From the NCBI RefSeq assembly GCF_963921235.1, contig NC_086104.1:4030001-4094000 (forward strand): DNA of 64,000 nt, written 5' to 3'. Every line of letters starts with the position of its first letter. Within the stretch, counting starts at the first letter, position 1. This DNA is from Mobula hypostoma. Lineage: Eukaryota. Of the stretch, positions 39,101-48,100 are shown piece after piece. A model generated the notes under the pieces. That model searched no databases. It saw only the letters and a program-made list of their open reading frames with translations, and had not been told where the DNA came from. Made by a program: the position numbers and the translations under genes.

Positions 39101-42100
39101 ACTTCAATACACTGGAAAAGATAATCTGAGTAATTTAACTTCTCGTAAAGTTGTCAAATTGTTTTTAAGACATTAACATCTATCATATGACTAATTCACT
39201 AACATTATCTTCACCGTTTACCCAGGTGCTCTACTGAATATCAGGAAACATTGTATGCCACAGTCACAGGTAAAAAGTTAATTTCAGTGCTCATATTGGG
39301 AATTACTTCACATGATAGTTATGTTCAACAATGATGCGCAATGCAGGACAAGGGAGTAATCAATTGTTTCATCATCCTCAACGGCAACTCCAGTCCTGCC
39401 TTTTCACTTATCTTCAATATATGCAAATAAACATTCCTCATCCTCTGAAATAGAGAAGGATAAAGATTCAGAAGCCACATTAAAGAAAATTCTTCGCAAC
39501 TTTATCCTAACTTACTGACAGTCAGACCATACCAAGAGATTGAAATGGAATGAAAACCTCTACTCTTTTAAGATTTCAATTCCAATCAGATCCTGTATCG
39601 AAACAATCCAAACTTCAGCACTCAATATCTGCTTCAAATCAGAGGACAGCTTGCTCTAGGGCACTGTCACTGACTGGCATACAATTAATCTTGAGTTGAC
39701 TTTTAAAAAATTCTCAATTCATGCACATTTTCTAAAGTCAGTTCCCATTAGTGCAAAATTAATAGCAGAAATTTCCCAAGAACAATAATATAAGATCATA
39801 AGATATAAGAGAAATCAATAATCTTTCGACCTCTGCCTTAAATATACATTAAACTTGGCATCCACAGCCACCTGTGGCAACGGATTCCACAGATTCACCA
39901 CTCTCTGGCTAAAGAAATATCTCCTCATCTCCGTTCTAAAAGAACGCATGAGCAAGGACTTTCAAATTTTCATCCACTTGACCTTGGTTGAACTCAGACC
40001 TGTGATCATGAGTAAACTAAAGAACATACAGTAAGTTCTTTGATTAATCCTTTACTCCCAGTTGAAAAGTTTATGGAATAGCCAGCTGAAAGCAGCTTTG
40101 CATTGAAGCATTAGCCTGCAAGGTGTTGCACACGAACCAAACAAGATGAGAGCCCATGGTCTTACAGGACAGATACGGACATGAGTAGAGCATTGGCTGA
40201 CTGGCTGGAGGCAATGGGTGGGAATAAAGGGAGCCTTTTCTGGTTGGTTGCCAGTAAATAGTGGTGTTCTGCAGGGTCTGTGTTAGGACCCCATCTTTCC
40301 ACATTATATGTCAACAATTTGAATGAAGGAATTGATGGCTTACTGACCAATTTTGAGAACGATACAAAGATAAGTGGAGGGGCAGTTAGTGTTGAAGAAG
40401 AAGGGAGTCTGCAGAAGGACCTAGTCAGATAAGGAGAACGGGCAAAGAAGTGGCAGATGAAATAGTGTCAGGAAGTGCATGGTCATGAACTTTGGTAGAT
40501 GGAATAAAAGTTTAGACTATTTTCTAAACTGAGAGAAAAATCTGAATTCTGAGGCACAAAAGGACTTGGAAGTCCTTGTGCAGGATTCCCTAAAGCTTCA
40601 TTTGCAGGTTGAGTCAGTGGTGAGGAAGGAAAATGTGATGTTAGAATTTATTTCAAGAGAAACAGAATATAAAAACAAGGATACAATGCTGAAGCTTTAT
40701 AAAGCATTGGTCATATCACAATTGGAGTACTGTGAGCAGTTTTGAACCCTTTATCCAATAAAGGATGTGCTGACATGGGAGAGAGCCCAGAGGAGATTCA
40801 TGAGAACAATTCCAGACAAGAAAGGGATACTGAATGAGGAGCATTTGATTCCTTTGGGCTTGTACTTGCTAGAGTTTAGAAAAATGAAGGGGGGTCTCAT
40901 TGAGGGGGAACGTGCTATCCTAGATCTGGCCCTGTGCAATGAGACAGGTAAAATTAGTGATCTAGTAGTTAGGGACCCTCCTGGAATGAGTGATCACAGT
41001 ATGACTGAGTTTCTGATACAAATGGAGGGTGCAATAGTTTGATCTAAAACCAGTGAATTATACCTGAACAATGGAGACTACAATGGGATTTGGCCAGTGT
41101 CGACTGGGAACACTGGGCTAAATGGTGAGACAGCTGAGGAACAGAGTTTTACACGGAGCTCAGCAAAAGTGTATTCCAGTTAAAACCAAGCACAGTAAGG
41201 GTGGAAGAGCCAGCCTTTGATAGCTGAGGAAATAAAAGAAGGCATCAGACTAAAAGCACGTGCATAGAAAGTCACCAAGAGTAGTGGGAAACTGGACAAT
41301 TGGGAAAACTTTAAAAAGCAACCAAGAACCACTAAGGGAGCAATAAAGAAAGGGAAGCTAAATTATGAAAATAAACTCGCTCAAAATATAGAAACAGATA
41401 GTAAAAGTTTTTATAATTATATAAAGTGGAAAACGGTGTCTAAAGTGAATGTAGGTCCCTTGGAGGACAAGAAGGAGGAATCAATATTGGGTATTAAGAA
41501 ATAGCTGAGGCTTTGAATGACTATTTTGTGTTGGTCTACATGGAGGAGGACATGTCTAAAATGAAAGATGTTATGGAAGCAATGGGAAGTGAGGCCCTCA
41601 ACACAATAGCTATCACTGGAGAGGTAGTGCTGAGCAAACTTGTGGGCCTGAAGATAGACAAACCCCCTGGTCCTGATGGAATGCGTCCCAGGGTACTGAA
41701 AGAAATAGCAGAAGTTATAGCAGAGGCTTTGGTGATGATTTACCAAAATTCTCTGGACTATGGGCAGGTCCCAGCAGAGTGGAAAACAGTGAATGTCATG
41801 CCACTCTTCAAAAACGGATGCAGGCAAAAGGCAGGTAACTATTGGCCAGTTAGTTTAATATCTGTAGTTGGGAAAATGATTGCAGCTATCATTAAAGATG
41901 AAATATCGAGGCATCTGGAATGAAATGGATCCATCAGGCAGATGCAGCATGGATTCAGCAAGGGCAGGTCCTGTTTGACAAACTTACTGGAGTTCTTTGA
42001 GGACATAATGAGTTCAGAGGATAGAGGGGAACAGATAGACATTACTTACTCGGATTTCTAGAAGGTGTTCAATAAGGTGCCACATAAAAGACTTATCCAT

Positions 42101-45100
42101 AAGATAAGAATGCATAGAGTCGTGGTGATGTATTAGCATGGATAGAGAATTGGTTAACCAATAGAAAGTAGGGAGTTGGGGCACATGGATGCTACTCTGG
42201 CTGGCAATCAGTGGAGAACGGTGTGCCTCAGGGTTCGGTGCTGTGCAAGCAATTGTTCAAGATATACATTAACAATCTGGAAGAGGGGACCGAGTGTAGT
42301 GTATCTAGGTTTTCTGATCACACTAAATTGAGTGGAAAAGCAAATTTTGCAGAGCATACAGAGAGTCTGTGGAGAGCTATAGCTACGTTAAGTGAGTGGG
42401 CAAGGGTCTGGCAGATGGAGTACTACGTTGATAAATATGAGGTCATCCACTTTGGAAGAAAGAATGGAAGATAGGATTATTATTTAAATGGTGATAAATT
42501 GCAGCATGCTGTTGTGCAGAGGGACTTGGGAGTGCTTGTGCATGAATCGTAAAAGGTTGGTTTGCAGGTGCAGCAGGCTATCAAGAAGGCAAATGGAATG
42601 TTGGCCAGGGAACCAGGTTGAGGCCCATTGCATTTATCAGCTAGAATCTGTCGCCCTCTGAGAAAAACTATCCCAAGCACAAGCTGGAATATCTGGCGTT
42701 CAAATGGCCAGTGGTAGATAAGCTGAGTGACTACCTCTACGGGGCCAAGTTTGAGGTGAGGACGGACAACAACCCCTAACTTATATCTTGTCTTCGGTGG
42801 AAGTGGATGCCACAGGACAGCGTGGATGGCAGCGTTGTCTGCCTGTGATTTCAGCCTGAAATACTGGCCAGGAAGCAGGAACATTGATGCTGATGCTTCG
42901 TCCTGACAGGCGCCCGAGGGACTGGACAGGATGAGGAGTGGGAGAGCGTTCCTGCCCCGGGGGTGAAGGCCATGTGTCAGTTTGCCATCACCGTGAAGGC
43001 AGAATGAAAGGAGAGGCAGGATCGAGCGGTGGATCAATTGGGAGCTTCTGTTGACACCATTCCCCAAGATTACCGTAACCTGACTGCTCTGAAGACAAAT
43101 CAGCTGCCGGAATTGAGTTCTGGGGAAGAGGCAGCTGCTTAGCAAGATGATCTGGGCATTGGTACCATTCAGGCAGCCGTCAGAAAGGGAGACATGGATC
43201 AGTTGGAGAAGACAAAACATGCATCGGTGCCTCCGTTACCGTGAGAGGTCCTGGATTCAAATCCCACAATTGTAACTCTCGGTTCGGCTACCGGCTTAAT
43301 CTAGGTGATGATAGCCCCCGGCCCAGTCAAACTTAAGAAATCTCGTTTGAGTGGATGCTGAGTGATGTGTCCCCTGTTACAAATCAGTACCACGAGATAA
43401 CAAACGGTACACAATAAGCGATTAAACAGTTGGGTTTTATAATTCTTAATTCAACTATATGGTTAGTAAAGATACAGAAAAGAGAAAACAGCTCATTCTC
43501 ATGAAACAGTCTATTGCGTTAACGTTGGAGTTCACTGATAAACCGTTCGTCCACCATCGACCTCCGATTGTCACTGACCTTCGGACCCTCGCTTCAAGTC
43601 CAATCCATCCGGCAGTCTACCAACTCTCTCCATTCGCATCTTCTCTCCTCATCTCTCCCCGGCAAAAAGCCCGTGAAATCCCTCTCCCAGACACACAAGA
43701 AAGAACAACATCCTGCTTCGTTGGCTAACATGTGCCATTGTTTCCAGTCATCACCTAAATGTTGTTGCTGCAGAGAAACCATTACCTGAGCAGTGAAACA
43801 TTACAGCGGAGCAGTGAAACCTTTCCAAGGTGTTACAGAGAAGGAAAAGTGGAAGATCAGATTGTTATTTAAATGGTAAAAAAAATAGCAGCACGCTGCT
43901 GTGCGGAGGGACTTGGGAGTGCTCGTACATGACTCACAAAACGTTGGTTTGCAGGTGCAGCCGGCTATCAAGAAAGCAAATGCAATGTTGGCCTTCATTG
44001 CTAGAGGGATTGAATTCAAGAGCAGGGAGGTTAAGCTGGAACTGTACAAGGTACTGTTGGAGACACACCAGGAGTACTGTATGCAGTTCTTGTCTCCTTA
44101 CTTGAGGAAGGAGATACTGGCTTTGGTGCTGCTGCAGAGGAGGTTCAACAGGTTGATTCCAGAGATGAGGGTGTTAGACTATGAGGAGAGATTTAGTCGT
44201 CTGGGAGTGTACATGCTGGAATTCAGAAGAATGAGAGGAGATCTTATAGAAACATATAACTTTACGAAAGGGCTAGATAAGATAAAGGCAGGAAAGTTGG
44301 TTCCACTGGTAGGTGAGACTAGAACTAGGGGAAAAGCTTCAAGATTCAGGGGAGTAGATCTAGGACAGAAATGAGGAGGAACTGCTTTTCCCAGACAGTG
44401 GTGAATCTGCGGAATTCTCTGCCCAATGAAACAGTAGAGGCTACCTCAATAGATATATTTAAAACAAGGGTGGATAGATTTTTGTATAGTAGGGGGAATT
44501 AAGGGTTACAAGGCAAAGCAGGTAGGTGGAGATGAGTCCATGGTCATATCAACCATGATCTTATTGAATTGCAGAACAGGCTCGACAGGCCAGATAGCCT
44601 CCTCCTGCTCCTATTTCTTATGTTCTTATGAAACCTATCAAATATTGAAAGGCCTCGCTAGAGTAGACGTGGAGACGATGCTTCCTCCCTAGACTTCAGA
44701 GGGAGCCTTGGACCAGAGGCATAATCTCAGGATAGGAGGATGTCTCTTTAGAACAGACGTGAGGAGGAATTTCTTAAGTCTGAGGTGCTGAATTTGGAGA
44801 ATTTATTGCCACAGACCTTCGTGGAGGACAAGTCATTGGGTGTATTTAATACAGAGCTGTGACGATTTTGATCAGTAAGGGCATTAAAGATTATGGGGAG
44901 AAGGAAAGAGAATGGGGTTGAGAGGGATAATAAATCAGCCATGATGGAATGTGAAGTAGACCTGATGAGTTGAATGGCCTAATTCTGCTCCTCTGTCTTA
45001 TGGTTTACACTTTTGGCGTTAATTCCCCAAATAAGGCTTGATACAGCCTGAATAACACAAAAGTAATCAACTCTGGCCTTTGAGTCACGTGTGAGTCTTG

Positions 45101-48100
45101 CTTGCCAAGCCCCTGTGGAGGCTCCGATGGGAAATGCTTCACATGGGCATGTTCTGCAGTTTGCTGTCCCTGTCTGAATGCACCTGATAAGGGTGAATTG
45201 AAGACCATTCATCACAATGTGATTTCAGTTCAATTATCATTCTTGTGTTGCAACTCTCAAACAAATTCTCATTTTATTTCAGCTGAAACCGAGGTGAATA
45301 CACAGGCAGCCACAAATGTTACTGCGGTAAGTAACGTTCTTCAATATAACATTGAGGAATGTTTTCCATGAACACTTTTACTTCCTAATAAATCAAGTAT
45401 TGAAAGTCTGTTAAATAAACACCATTACTTCCTCTTTAACCTTTTATTTTGACACTAATTTGAATTAGCTTCTACCCCGTTGTTATAAGACTATTTCTAC
45501 TCTCCTCTACTCGCCTATTTCACCTCTACTTTCTGAGGGGGCTGAAGAGCGCTGGACTTTGCACATCCATACTCACGTCATTCTACAGATGTACAGTAGG
45601 GGCGTCCTACCAAACTGCATCACTGCACGGTACAGAAACTGCTCTGCTGCGGACAGGAACAATCTACAACAGGCAGTCCAAACTGTCCAACACGTCACCA
45701 GCACCAGCTACCCTCCATCAAGGACATAGATACAGAAAGGTGCTGGAACAGGGCCAGTAACATCATGAAGGATCCCACCCACCCTGCTCATGGACTGTTT
45801 GTCCCACACCCGTCAGGGAGGAGGCTGTATAGCATCCACACCAAGACCACCAGATCCAAAAACAGATACTTTCCCCAAGCAGAAAGACTGATCAACACCT
45901 CCACCCACTAACCCACCCCTGCACATCCCCAACCACCACTACTTTATCATTTCCTGTCAGTCACCTCATGTGCAGACAGTCCTGTGCCTGATCTCACTTT
46001 ATGGACATACAATCAATCTATGTATATAAGCTATTTATATAAGTATTTATATTTATTGTATATTTTTACTGGTGTGTTCTTTATCTTCTTGTGTTTTCGT
46101 GCTGCATCAGATCCAGAGTAACAATTATTTCGTTCTGCTTCACACTAGTGAAATGGAAAAGATATTGAACAATTTTGAATCTTGAAAGGATCCCCTGTAG
46201 TATAGACTCTTAACCCACAATCTACCTCGTTATGACCTTGTACCCTATTGTCAGCCTGCACTGCACTCTCTCTGTGACTGGCACACTTTACTCTGCACTC
46301 TGTTATTGGTTTATTTTGTCTTACCTCAGTGCACTGTGGTAATGATTTGATCTGTATGAACAGTGTTCAAGTTCTTGACTCTACCTCAGTACATGTGGCA
46401 ACAATACACCAGTTTAACAATTTACCCTCAGACCTGCCCTGTTGTTTATTAAGGTCACAGTGGTTCAATTGTAACTGCAGCTCCATAATCCCATCTCCTC
46501 CGGTAACTTTTCTTCCCTTTGCTTATCAGGAATCCATTTCTTTCTCTTTTAAAGACCGAAAGGCTCTTCTTCCAGTGTCCTATCAGGAAGAGAGATCCAA
46601 AAACTCAACCATCAGAGAGAGAAAATAAAATCACCTCTCTCCAAATAAAATGGACGACTCTTATTTTTAACCAGTGATGCTAATTCTGGATACTCTTTCA
46701 AAGCTAAAGTAAATTTATTATCCAAGTCCCCAAAACAATCCCGAGATTCATTTTCTTGCAGGCATTCACAGTAAATACAAAGAAACACTGTGGAATCAGT
46801 GACAAACCGCTCACAAGCTGGACAAACAACCAAAGTGTAAAAGACAACAAACAGTGGAAATACAAAAAGAGAGGGATAAAAATAAAATAATAATAATAAT
46901 ATTAATAATAAGTAAGCAAGAAATATTCAGAACATAAGTTGGAGAGTCCTTGAATTTGAGTCTGTATGTTGTGGGATCAGTTCAGTGAGATTTTGAGTCA
47001 TGTTCAAAGGAACATCTTGCCTGTCAAAATCCTTCTCTCTTCAAAACAGAAGCTCACCTGGTGAGTCCCACCTTTCCTGGTGAGACAGCATGCCCGTTCC
47101 CAGTTTTATCCTGGTTAACCTTTCCTGGACTATTCCCATCCTTCTGTAAACAGAGACCAGGTTTGAACACTGAACTCGGCACGGTAGTGTACTGGTTAGC
47201 AAAACGTTTTACAGTACGTGCGACTTGGGTTCAATTCCCACCGCTGTGGGAGTTTGACTGTTCTCCCCATGACCTTGTGGGTTTCCCCAGGTGCTCTGGT
47301 TTCCTCCCACAGTCCAAAGATGTACCAATTAATAGGTTAATTGGTCATTGTAAATTGTCCTGTGATTGGGCTGGAGTTAAATAGGTGGTTGCTGAGTGTC
47401 ACAGTCGAGGGGCCTATTCTGTACCGTATTTCAATTTTGTAAAAAAACTCCACGTGTAAATTGTTCTGAGGTATAACCTTGCAGGGAAACATTCAGCAAA
47501 TGTCATTCAGATTTATTTATCAATATACATCGAAACGTACATTAACAGCCAACACACCCAAGGGTGTGCTGCGACAGCTCGCAAGTGTCGCCACGTATTC
47601 GGCGCCAACACAACCAGCCCACAACGTTCAACAGAACTCAGTTCAAGTTCATTGTCATCTGACTGTACATGGATACAACCAAATGAAACAATGTTCCTTC
47701 GAACATGCGTGTATCACACAGCACATAAAACCAAATATCACCATCAATACATTAATGAAATATCATTCTGTATGCATGTAGAGCACAGCACAGGTAAACA
47801 ATAAACAGTACACTGTCCTGGTGATGAGACCTCAGTGGTGACAGGGTATCCATTAGTCTCACAGCCTGAGGGAAGAAGCTGTTACCCAGTCTGACAGTCC
47901 CAGTCCTGATGCTCCTGTCCCTCCTTCCTGACTGTAGTGGGTCAAAGAGATTGTGGGATGGGTGGTGGGGATCCTCAACAATGCTTCAGGCTCCTCGTCT
48001 GCGACACGCCCGGTAAATGTCACAAATAGGGGAGGAGGGAGACCCCAGTGATCCTCTTGGCAGTTTTCACTATCGTCTGCAGGGCCTTGCGGCATGATGC

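Noticed and set aside
42480-43220. 246-aa minus-strand ORF
   Set aside because: It is antisense to CR1 and Gypsy RNase H fragments, with no domain of its own.
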